From Candidatus Babeliales bacterium (GTDB taxonomy: Bacteria > Babelota > Babeliae > Babelales > CAZZPM01), in assembly GCA_016763165.1 (NCBI GenBank), contig JAESUJ010000096.1, forward strand, positions 1-25,340: 25,340 bases of DNA, written 5' to 3'. The position numbers and the translations under genes were made by a program. Below the pieces are notes generated by a model. It searched no databases. It saw nothing but the letters and a program-made list of their open reading frames with translations, and was not told where the DNA came from. Positions 1 through 8,111 of this stretch are shown here, in pieces; position 1 is the first letter of the stretch; every line of letters begins with the position of its first letter.

Positions 1-2
1 AA

Positions 3-560
3 ATCATAGGTGGGAATTTCCCATTTGATGACGGAGCAGGCGGATATGAAGTCGAACCAATCAGAGGGGTCAATCCTAAGCTATCAGCGTTACTTAGCTA
101 CCTTGACGGAGCAGATGTTGGAACCAAATACATTATCTGGGCAAGATTCAGACCAGAAATCGCAGCGATCAGCGAATCTTTACGCTCGGCGTTCGGGGAG
201 GGAGCAGTTGTCGAATTTCATGGAGGAATTGACGACATTGGGCGTAGTGATGCTTCAAACGCCTTCCAACACGATAGTACCGTTCGATTTATGGTCAGCA
301 ACCAAACAGTTGGAGGTAAAGGACAGGAATGGTCAGCCGCCGATGCAATGGTCTACTTCTCCAATACATTCAGCTATGAGGATAGAAAACAAAGTGAGGA
401 GCGCGCGATTCACACCGATAAGCGCACTTCCATTTTCTATTTGGACTTGGTAGCCAACCATCCTGCAGATAAGATGATAACTACTGCATTGAAGAAGAAG
501 TTAACGATGGCACAGTGGGTGGAAGACCAACTCGAAGAAGGCAAGAGGATAGAATTATGA
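3..560 (+). CDS. SNF2-like (SF2) helicase, C-terminal RecA-like domain (5'-partial; frame is open from the window start)
   Basis: Frame 3 is stop-free from position 3 and reads ...NPKLSALL...KYIIWARF...VEFHGG...RFMVSNQTVGGKGQEWSAADAMVYFSNTFSYEDRKQSEERAIH, matching the helicase-C motif IV-VI layout of phage SNF2 proteins. The track ORF 291..560 is only its distal part. Confidence 0.85.
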   Translation: MIGGNFPFDDGAGGYEVEPIRGVNPKLSALLSYLDGADVGTKYIIWARFRPEIAAISESLRSAFGEGAVVEFHGGIDDIGRSDASNAFQHDSTVRFMVSNQTVGGKGQEWSAADAMVYFSNTFSYEDRKQSEERAIHTDKRTSIFYLDLVANHPADKMITTALKKKLTMAQWVEDQLEEGKRIEL

Positions 561-874
561 AAATATGTAATAAGTGCGATGAAGAAAAGCCGCAATCCGA
601 TTTCCACAAGGCGAAAACCACTCCTGATGGCAGATGCTACACATGCAAAGATTGTAAAAATGCCGAAACCAAGGTTCGCTATGAAAGAGCCAATGACCGT
701 AACTATAAGCTGAAAGGCGACGACTTTGCGATACTCGATATGCATAAAGACTATCAAGTGACAAAGGCTTACGTTGGCACTGGACATGGCGTAGTAGCTA
801 GTGACCATGCTGATTGGCGAACCAAAGCAAATAAACGACGTTTGGTCGTGACAGTGACACAGCGCAGGGTCTAG
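557..874 (+). CDS. Zn-ribbon (CxxC...CxxC) protein, 105 aa, with a C-terminal domain of unknown function
   Basis: ATGA overlap with the helicase stop and GAGGA RBS at 545-549. KICNKCDEEKP.SDF...DG...TCKDC is the Zn module seen N-terminal to HNH/EndoVII homing nucleases, but no HNH motif follows. Confidence 0.7.
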   Translation: MKICNKCDEEKPQSDFHKAKTTPDGRCYTCKDCKNAETKVRYERANDRNYKLKGDDFAILDMHKDYQVTKAYVGTGHGVVASDHADWRTKANKRRLVVTVTQRRV

Positions 875-940
875 ATAGCCTTAAACGCGAGAGGCCACTG
901 CTCGTGCGCGTACGTGGTGTGGCACAATTAATAGTTGGGG

Positions 941-970
941 TTGACACGATATGTCGTCCCATGTTATAAT
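941..970 (+). promoter_or_regulatory. sigma70 consensus promoter for the replication/Z-synthesis operon
   Basis: TTGACA (941-946), 18-nt spacer, TG extended -10 and TATAAT (965-970), in an intergenic gap. Confidence 0.85.
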
Positions 971-975
971 AGGTA

Positions 976-1272
976 TCGGTCGCGGTGACGTGGCCTAAAG
1001 AATCTCCCACTTTAGTCAATCGTATGAAATAGGGATGAGAAGGAAAACTAAAGGTTCCAACTCCATCATGGATATGTATTCGCAGTGAAGAAACCTACTG
1101 CACAAGGCCACCATGAGGTATGCAACTCGATTGATTACCGTAAGTAATCAGTGGAAACGCCTAAATAATCCACTACTTAAATCAAAAGCCGACTTGCAGA
1201 CGTAATCTGCACTTTATTCGCGGTAAAAGCCCGAATCCACTGTCACAAACCCAACAGTCCTAGGAGGACGCC
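976..1272 (+). ncRNA. Candidate structured 5' leader / cis-regulatory RNA
   Basis: About 300 nt without an ORF between the promoter and the next gene, tiled with hairpins: 995-1015, 1034-1067, 1082-1101, 1132-1150, 1195-1211, 1216-1236, 1239-1258, 1257-1269. Long-range pairings 990-996/1105-1111 and 1014-1022/1128-1136. Confidence 0.5.
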
Positions 1273-1692
1273 ATGAATACAGAATTTTCAACTAAGAGTA
1301 CCTTTAAAGAGTTAGCACTTGAAATGTACGTGCTATCCAAAGCCATAGCCGAATTAGGCTCTGACAAGTCTGCGTTACAGAAACGATATGATCTATTACG
1401 TCATAAAATCGTGCCTGATAAGCTTGACGAAGAAGAAATGCAGAACATCACCATCAAAGGCATCGGTCGTCTTGGCGCTACTCCTCAACTTCGAGTTAGT
1501 GTCCTAGCAGGCAATCGTGAAAAGCTCCAATCATGGATGTGTGAAAACGGATTCGAAGACCTAGTACAAGGCACTATCAACTCGTCTACCCTGAAAGCGT
1601 GGGTAAAAGAGCAGATGGAAGCAGGCAATGAAATACCTGATGACCTAATCAAAATTGACCCGTTCATGCTAGCAACATTAACTAAAACCTAA
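1273..1692 (+). CDS. Conserved phage replication-module protein, 139 aa (N-terminal coiled coil), function unknown
   Basis: Strong AGGAGG RBS. Coiled-coil N-terminus and a W...GF.DLV...IN..TLKAWVKE pattern typical of proteins preceding SSB/Pol A genes in such phages. Confidence 0.75.
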   Translation: MNTEFSTKSTFKELALEMYVLSKAIAELGSDKSALQKRYDLLRHKIVPDKLDEEEMQNITIKGIGRLGATPQLRVSVLAGNREKLQSWMCENGFEDLVQGTINSSTLKAWVKEQMEAGNEIPDDLIKIDPFMLATLTKT

Positions 1693-1790
1693 CCCCTTGG
1701 GCTTCCATTCGCGAGAGTGGGGTGCTCATTGGTTCTTAAATTAGGAATCAATGAGGACAAACCTGTCCCTATAACATAGAGAAGAGAATA

Positions 1791-2552
1791 ATGACTAAAT
1801 CAACAGAGTTAGCAGTAAACGAGAACCTACCTGCGTTTTTAAAGAAAGATTCAGCACGTGGCTCAGAAGAAGTATCATCAAATGACGTATCGATTCCGCG
1901 CATGTCAATAATCCAAGATTTAAGCCCACAGCGTAAAAAGAATGATGATAAATACATCACAGGTGCAGAAGAGGGCATGTCCTTTAACACCGCCACGTTG
2001 GAGCTATTTCAAAAAGCAATCAACATCATTCCAATTTACTTCCGCAAAGAGTGGATAATTTGGAAAGATATCAATAAAGGCGGCGGTTTCTTCGGTTCAT
2101 TCGATAGCGAACCGTTAGCGGTAGCAGGAATGCGTGACCTTGAAGGCAATGCCAATGACTACGAAATCGTAGACACGCATCAGCATTTCGTGCTTTTATT
2201 GAAAGAGGGTTCAACCAACGATAATCCAATCTTGGAAGAAGTGGTTATCAGTTGCTCCAAGTCCCAAATGAAGCCGAGCCGACAGTTGAACACCCTAGCT
2301 AAAATGGCAGGCGGTGACCGATTCAGCCGTCGTTACAAGCTTGAAGTCATAACCGATGAAAATCGTGCAGGTCAGAAGTTCTTCAATTGGAAGTTCACTG
2401 GTCAAGGTTTCGTTAGTGAAGCAATGTTCATCGCGGCAGAAAAATCGTACGAAGCAATCGCCTCTGGCCAACGTACAGTTCGCCAAGATTCTGAATCGTC
2501 AACGGGTCAGACAGTAGATAGTACTGCTGAAACAATCGAAGACGAATTCTAA
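1791..2552 (+). CDS. Putative phage ssDNA-binding/annealing protein, 253 aa
   Basis: Beta-rich core (IPRMSIIQDLSPQ..., IPIYFRKEWIIW), a disordered acidic tail ending ETIEDEF like T7 gp2.5-type SSBs, and position upstream of the polymerase. Confidence 0.55.
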   Translation: MTKSTELAVNENLPAFLKKDSARGSEEVSSNDVSIPRMSIIQDLSPQRKKNDDKYITGAEEGMSFNTATLELFQKAINIIPIYFRKEWIIWKDINKGGGFFGSFDSEPLAVAGMRDLEGNANDYEIVDTHQHFVLLLKEGSTNDNPILEEVVISCSKSQMKPSRQLNTLAKMAGGDRFSRRYKLEVITDENRAGQKFFNWKFTGQGFVSEAMFIAAEKSYEAIASGQRTVRQDSESSTGQTVDSTAETIEDEF

Positions 2553-2611
2553 GTAAAGAGTTTCATGGTCGCCCAAGGATGGGCACTCCCTCTTCCCAAT
2601 AAGGTACAATT

Positions 2612-2878
2612 ATGAGTGACTTCGATAATACTAATAGCGGAGCGTTACACAAGAACGACCGCAAGTCAACCCCAACCCAACCAGATTATAAAGGTGATGC
2701 AGCCCCCGTTTGCGTCCACTGTGGAGCGAAGCAAGATTTTTGGCTCTCAGCATGGATTAAAACAGCACGTAGTGGCAAAAAATGGATGTCAATAGCGTTC
2801 CAAGCGAAAGACGACCCACGCGAGAAACAAGCTCAGAAGCCATCGGACATTGACTACGACGATGACATTCCATTTTAA
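2612..2878 (+). CDS. Small SSB-like protein with a bacterial SSB C-terminal tip (DDDIPF)
   Basis: N(S)GAL.KN..K...PDYKG...W.SAW.K...G.K.MSIA pattern of small phage OB-like proteins; ends DYDDDIPF. Confidence 0.7.
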   Translation: MSDFDNTNSGALHKNDRKSTPTQPDYKGDAAPVCVHCGAKQDFWLSAWIKTARSGKKWMSIAFQAKDDPREKQAQKPSDIDYDDDIPF

Positions 2879-2903
2879 ATAACATAGAATCTGAGGGGGT
2901 TCA

Positions 2904-4751
2904 ATGGATATTTTCAAAAGTCCTGTTATAGGGCTTGATACTGAGACTACTGGTCTGCGCTACCCACGGCACAAGGCCTTCTCTCTTTCAATAGCGACAC
3001 TTGACGCAGCCCAAGGCTTCGACTTCCGCTCGCAACCACAAGACATCGAATGGCTACAGGCTCAGTTCAATGAGTATACTGGCCGTATCGTTTGTCATAA
3101 CGCATCATTCGATTTCCGCATGTGTGATTCTGCGGGTCTTGTTCTACCTATCAACCAAATGGACTGCACTAGTATACGTGCATGCCAAATCAACGAACAT
3201 GAGGGGACAATCTTCCCTTGGACTAAGCGCGCAGGATCATTCAGACTAGACGACCTTGGTTCCAAATACTTAGACGAACGCAAGTCTCAAGAATTCTATG
3301 AAGAAGCAAGGGCGTGGTTCGGCAAGAAATTGACCGTTAATCAAATCATGGCTCGGATAAGCGAATTACCGCGTGAGATAGTTGAGCCGTATCAAAACCA
3401 AGATGCGCTCCTTGCCCTGCGTTTATGGCATTGGCAAGAAAAAGAAATAGAAAGGCAAGGAATTGAGGATATAATCGCATTTGAGAGAAAGGTCATGCCT
3501 ACTCTCATAAGGGCTGAAATGCGAGGCGTAGATGTCGATATAGAAGAAGCGGAACGCGCCCAACCTAAATTAACGGCAGAAATAGACGTACTGCAATCCC
3601 AACTAAACACAATAGCAGATGGTGAATTCAATGTTAACAGCACACCGCAGGTTAGAAAATTATTTAACCCAACCGAAACAGATAATGGATGGATTGCTTG
3701 TGATGGCACTCCTCTTGAGAGCACGAAAACAGGGAATGCCTCGTTTGGAGGCGACGCACTTAGACACATTAGTCATCCTGCGGCTCCGCTCATTGTGGGA
3801 ATACGGTCGCTTATCAAAACAAGGGATACTTTCCTTGGTTCCCACATACTTAAACATGAGTACAACGGAAAGGTGTATCCTACTATCAACCAATGCAAAG
3901 GCGAGGACGGAGGCACTGGCACTGGCAGGTTATCCGTTACAACTCCTGCGCTCCAACAAATACCTGCCCGAAACAAAAAAGTTGCTGAAATCGTTAAACC
4001 TTGCTTTCTTCCTCCGTTAGGAATGAAGTGGTTGGAAACCGATTTAGCGTCATTTGAAGTACGGGTATTTGCTCATTTGGTATCGGCCTACAACGATTCA
4101 CTGGTACATGCGTACGAAGCGAAGCCAGACATGGACTTCCACCAATGGGTAGCTGATTTAATGGGCGTACCAAGGAATGCATCGTACGGCGGTGAAATAA
4201 ACGCCAAGCAATTGAACCTAGGTATGATATTCAACCAAGGGAACGGCACGATAGCACAAGATTTACAATTACCGTGGGAATGGCAAGAATTCACATCTGG
4301 CGGCGACCTCATTCGCTATAGAAAAGCGGGCAAAGAGGCGATGGAAGTAATAAACAACTACCATCAAAGGGTACGGGGCGTAAAGACGTTAGCCGAAAGA
4401 GCTAAAATGAAAGCAGAAGCAGTGGGCTTTATTAAGACTTTCACTGGCCGCAGATTACGGTTTCCTAAGGGATATAAATCATATAAGGCATCGGGGCTAC
4501 TGATACAAGCCACGTCCGCCGACATAAACAAACAAAATTGGATGCTGTGTGAAGAGGCATTAGGCAATGACGGCCACTTAATGCTAAACACACATGATTC
4601 CTATTCTATGGCCGTCCCAGAAGATTGGCGTCCAGTATTCAATAGAGTAAAAGAAGCCATAGAGCAACCCCGACTGAAAGTCCCCTTGATATTGGACTTG
4701 GATGGGGCAGGGCGCAACTGGTGGTCAGCTAAAAACGGAGAAGAAAAATAA
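2904..4751 (+). CDS. dpoZ: Family A DNA polymerase with 3'-5' exonuclease, DpoZ type (Z-preferring)
   Basis: Exo I DTETTG, Exo II HNASFD, Exo III YQNQD; motif A DLASFEVR; motif B KQLNLGMIF (L439/F443 where Pol I has F/Y); ASGLLIQ (G531 for N); motif C HDS (S566 for E). Sits in the same operon as purZ. Confidence 0.9.
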   Translation: MDIFKSPVIGLDTETTGLRYPRHKAFSLSIATLDAAQGFDFRSQPQDIEWLQAQFNEYTGRIVCHNASFDFRMCDSAGLVLPINQMDCTSIRACQINEHEGTIFPWTKRAGSFRLDDLGSKYLDERKSQEFYEEARAWFGKKLTVNQIMARISELPREIVEPYQNQDALLALRLWHWQEKEIERQGIEDIIAFERKVMPTLIRAEMRGVDVDIEEAERAQPKLTAEIDVLQSQLNTIADGEFNVNSTPQVRKLFNPTETDNGWIACDGTPLESTKTGNASFGGDALRHISHPAAPLIVGIRSLIKTRDTFLGSHILKHEYNGKVYPTINQCKGEDGGTGTGRLSVTTPALQQIPARNKKVAEIVKPCFLPPLGMKWLETDLASFEVRVFAHLVSAYNDSLVHAYEAKPDMDFHQWVADLMGVPRNASYGGEINAKQLNLGMIFNQGNGTIAQDLQLPWEWQEFTSGGDLIRYRKAGKEAMEVINNYHQRVRGVKTLAERAKMKAEAVGFIKTFTGRRLRFPKGYKSYKASGLLIQATSADINKQNWMLCEEALGNDGHLMLNTHDSYSMAVPEDWRPVFNRVKEAIEQPRLKVPLILDLDGAGRNWWSAKNGEEK

Positions 4752-7048
4752 TGAGAATAGACAAGCAGACGGTACGCGAAATTGACTCAATATCGGATTT
4801 CGCGGAACGTATATTTGCTGCTGCCACGATGTATGCGAATCAAGGCATGTATATACTACCCATAAGGATGGGGTCTAAATTGCTGCCGCCATCGAGATTT
4901 GGCATCAGCTATCAGCATGCGTCACGCAATCCCGATACAATGAAAAAGTGGTTCCATCCTGAAACAGGTAAGTTCGCAGGATGGAATATAGCACTGGCCT
5001 GCGGCAATGAAGAAGGCATAGTAGCCATCGACATAGACCCAATGGATAAGAAAGGGAACAAAGGCTTTGAATCGTTAGACGAGCTAGAGAAGGAACATGG
5101 CAAGCTAGAAGCTCCTCACCAAAGAACACCGTCAGGTGGAAGGCATTACATATATGAATTCGATGGCGTGATAGGATGCTCTTCGGGCAAGTTGGCCAAG
5201 GCCATCGATACCCGTGGTGGAGACGGTCAAGCTAGGGGACATATAGTGGCATGGCCAAGTTCGACCCCCGACGGTGACTATGTTTGGGACTTAGGTGGCG
5301 AAATTGGCGAAGCTCCTGAATGGATAGGCCAATCATTAGGCCAACCGTGGGATAGACAAACTCCCGCCCCCTCAGGTCGCGGAAGTGAGAATGTAGAAGA
5401 CGACGACGGTGAACGGATAGCAAGCCCCAAAGAAATATGGGGTATGCTACAATGTATCGACATCGACGAGCTTGAGTACGACGAGTGGGTTAAAATCGGA
5501 CAAGCGATACACAGTCAGCATCCCGATAGCGAAGGCTTGAGATTATGGGGTCGTTGGTCAGCAGGCGGAGCAAGATTCGAAAAGGGCGAATGCTCAATCA
5601 GATGGGATAGTTTCAGTTCGGGCGGCAATATCCGAATGGGGACTCTTATCCACATAGCCAAGCAGTACGGATTCAAGATTAAGCCAAAAGTGGTTGACAT
5701 AAATGGCGAACCTGCCGAATTCGCTGATATCATAGAAGCAATGAACAAAGAATGGGGAGTCATTGTCATAGGCGGCAAGACCAGAATAGTGCCAATGGGC
5801 AGAATCACCCCCAAGTCCAAGTCCATCCAATTGATGGAAATGCAAGCGTTTCAACAGTGGATGAACAATCAACGCATGGCAATAACCGATGCTAAAGGGA
5901 ACCTTAAATACGTGGAAAAATCTAAAGTGTGGCTAGCTGACGAAGACCGAAATCAATACCTAGGCGGCATGACATTCCGTCCTGACAAGACCCCCGAATT
6001 CGAAGATGACTACGGATGCCGAACACTGAACACGTGGCGCGGTTGGTCAATCGAACCCGAAGAGGGTGATTGGTCGTTAATGGAAACCCATGTGCTAGAA
6101 GTGGTCTGCAATGGCGATAAGGAGTTATGCTGTTGGGTACTGGATTGGATGGCTGACTTATTCCAAGACCCCGCCAACCCCAAAGGGTGTGCATTGGTAC
6201 TGAAAGGGCTTGAGGGGACTGGTAAGGGAACATTGATCGAAGCGATGGGCAAGACCATGGGCAGACATTATGTACACGTGACCCAAGAAAACCATCTAAT
6301 AGGGAACTTTAATGCTCACCTACGCGATGCGCTGATAATCTTCGCTGATGAAGTGGTGTACGGCGGTAGTAGGAAGACAGCAGGAACACTAAAGGCATTA
6401 GTCACCGAACGGAATCTCACGGTAGAAATGAAGGGCTTTGATGTTATGCAGTATCGCAATTGCGCACGATTGGCCATAGCATCGAACGAAGATTGGGTAG
6501 TACCTGCAGGGTCGCAATCAAGACGTTGGATGGTATTGGAGGTATCGCCCCATAGAGCCAATGACGTGGCTTACTTTGGTGCCTTGTATAAGGAATTGAA
6601 CAACGGCGGATACGAAGCAATGATATACGGGCTAATGGAGCGCGAAATAACCAGTAATCTTACCAAAGCCCCCGTGACTGAGGCATTGCAAGAACAAAGA
6701 GCGATGTACAGTTCACACGATTCGATGGCACAATGGGTATATCACGTCGTAATGAAGGGCGAAATAAAGGTAAATGACCCGACCGATGATTCATTGGAAA
6801 CAGCATGGCCGAATTATTCCGCATGGGACGATTTAATGGCTAATTACATGGAATTCTGCGAGGGAGGAAAAATGAAACCTAAACCCTCCAATTTAGCGAT
6901 ACAAGAAATGGCTAAATTCGGATTCGCCAAGAAAAGAGTAACCGTAGGAACTAGCAGGCCGTGGTTGAGACAAGTCCCGACTAGACAGGAACTAGCAGAC
7001 GCCTTGATGCAAATCAAGGGAATGAAAGTGGAGATAGAAGATGAGTAA
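4751..7048 (+). CDS. Bifunctional primase-polymerase (AEP Prim-Pol) + PriCT-2 + SF3/D5-like helicase
   Basis: AEP motifs IVAIDID, TPSGGRHY, IDTRG..HIVAWPS; PriCT-like YDEWVKIGQAIH; Walker A GLEGTGKG, Walker B IIFADE; TAATG coupling to the polymerase. Confidence 0.9.
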   Translation: MRIDKQTVREIDSISDFAERIFAAATMYANQGMYILPIRMGSKLLPPSRFGISYQHASRNPDTMKKWFHPETGKFAGWNIALACGNEEGIVAIDIDPMDKKGNKGFESLDELEKEHGKLEAPHQRTPSGGRHYIYEFDGVIGCSSGKLAKAIDTRGGDGQARGHIVAWPSSTPDGDYVWDLGGEIGEAPEWIGQSLGQPWDRQTPAPSGRGSENVEDDDGERIASPKEIWGMLQCIDIDELEYDEWVKIGQAIHSQHPDSEGLRLWGRWSAGGARFEKGECSIRWDSFSSGGNIRMGTLIHIAKQYGFKIKPKVVDINGEPAEFADIIEAMNKEWGVIVIGGKTRIVPMGRITPKSKSIQLMEMQAFQQWMNNQRMAITDAKGNLKYVEKSKVWLADEDRNQYLGGMTFRPDKTPEFEDDYGCRTLNTWRGWSIEPEEGDWSLMETHVLEVVCNGDKELCCWVLDWMADLFQDPANPKGCALVLKGLEGTGKGTLIEAMGKTMGRHYVHVTQENHLIGNFNAHLRDALIIFADEVVYGGSRKTAGTLKALVTERNLTVEMKGFDVMQYRNCARLAIASNEDWVVPAGSQSRRWMVLEVSPHRANDVAYFGALYKELNNGGYEAMIYGLMEREITSNLTKAPVTEALQEQRAMYSSHDSMAQWVYHVVMKGEIKVNDPTDDSLETAWPNYSAWDDLMANYMEFCEGGKMKPKPSNLAIQEMAKFGFAKKRVTVGTSRPWLRQVPTRQELADALMQIKGMKVEIEDE

Positions 7049-8111
7049 CTTTAACCCAACTAGAGTGAGAGAACAGATGAAGAAAGTAGATTTGATAATA
7101 GACTTACAATATGGCTCAACGGGCAAAGGCTTGATTGCAGGATACTTAGCTGAGACAAACGGCTATGATACCGTAATCAATGCTAATATGCCGAACGCAG
7201 GCCATACGTACATCAACGTTGAAGGACGTATGTGGATGCATAAGGTACTACCTAACGGTATTGTATCACCGAATTTGAAGCGTGTCATGATTGGCGCAGG
7301 GTCGGTATTCAGCATTAAACAATTGCAGAAGGAGATTGAAGGTTCCAAGGACTTACTGGATGGGGTGGAAATCTTAATCCATCCTAATGCCGTAGTCCTA
7401 CAAGACGAGCACAGTGCAATGGAGCGAAATAACCTGAGTCGCATTTCGTCCACCATGCAGGGTTCAATGGCAGCCACTATCGCTAAAATGATGCGTGACC
7501 CTGAAAACAACCCCACTGCGGCAGGCGAAATTGCAGAATACGGGCACGGATCGCAAATTTCTGAATACGTATGCACTATTGAACAGTGGCATCACGCGCT
7601 GATGAATTCCACTAAAATCTTAGCTGAGGGAGCACAGGGTTACAGCCTTGGCTTGAACGGCAAATTTTGGCCTTTTTGTACATCACGAGATTGCACTCCT
7701 GCAAGATTTATGGCCGACATGGCGATACCTTTGCCTTACCTCAATAAAGTCATCGGAACAGCGCGTTGTCATCCAATCCGCGTGGGAAACACAGCAGACG
7801 GATACAGTGGTGACGTCTATTCCGACCAAGTGGAAATCTCATTTGAACAGCTTGGTCAAGAAACTGAGCTTACTACAGTAACCAAACGCCCACGCCGTAT
7901 ATTCAGTTACAGCAGTCAGCAGATGAAAGATGCGATATTTGATTGCATGCCTGATGAAGTTTTCCTTAACTTCTGTAATTATACTGATACATATGGTCAC
8001 ATAGTACATGATATTAATATCACTGCAGAACGAATCATGGGCAGACCAGTAGTGCGCTATCTTGGTTTTGGCGCTGCGTTTCAAAACATAAAGGACAAAC
8101 TCAATGACTAA
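7041..8111 (+). CDS. purZ: N6-succino-2-amino-2'-deoxyadenylate synthase (PurA paralog, PurZ); alternative start at ATG 7077
   Basis: DLQYGSTGKG (Ser where PurA has GDEGKG), PNAGHT, EGAQG, YPF-like WPFCTSRD, RCHPIRVG, aspartate loop ELTTVTKRPRR, NFCNY (where PurA has TKLD). Confidence 0.95.
   Translation: MSNFNPTRVREQMKKVDLIIDLQYGSTGKGLIAGYLAETNGYDTVINANMPNAGHTYINVEGRMWMHKVLPNGIVSPNLKRVMIGAGSVFSIKQLQKEIEGSKDLLDGVEILIHPNAVVLQDEHSAMERNNLSRISSTMQGSMAATIAKMMRDPENNPTAAGEIAEYGHGSQISEYVCTIEQWHHALMNSTKILAEGAQGYSLGLNGKFWPFCTSRDCTPARFMADMAIPLPYLNKVIGTARCHPIRVGNTADGYSGDVYSDQVEISFEQLGQETELTTVTKRPRRIFSYSSQQMKDAIFDCMPDEVFLNFCNYTDTYGHIVHDINITAERIMGRPVVRYLGFGAAFQNIKDKLND

Noticed and set aside
29-114. 11-bp direct repeat TGACGGAGCAG at 29 and 104
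   Set aside because: Both copies encode DGA in the helicase; only two copies, consistent with chance or codon use.
10-453. 147-aa + strand ORF in frame 1
   Set aside because: It overlaps the frame-3 ORF that carries clear helicase motifs and has no recognisable features itself.
875-1272. tRNA, CRISPR array or hammerhead/pistol ribozyme in the intergenic region
   Set aside because: No cloverleaf with T-loop/CCA, no regular repeat-spacer periodicity, and no CUGAUGA/GAAA core or pistol consensus seen.
2570-2583. GCCCA-agga-TGGGC hairpin as a terminator
   Set aside because: Short stem with no U-tract, in mid-operon; at most a stability element.
7041-8111. Annotation as ordinary adenylosuccinate synthetase PurA (auxiliary metabolic gene)
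   Set aside because: GSTGKG and NFCNY replace the PurA GDEGKG and TKLD motifs, and the neighbours are DatZ/DpoZ-like.
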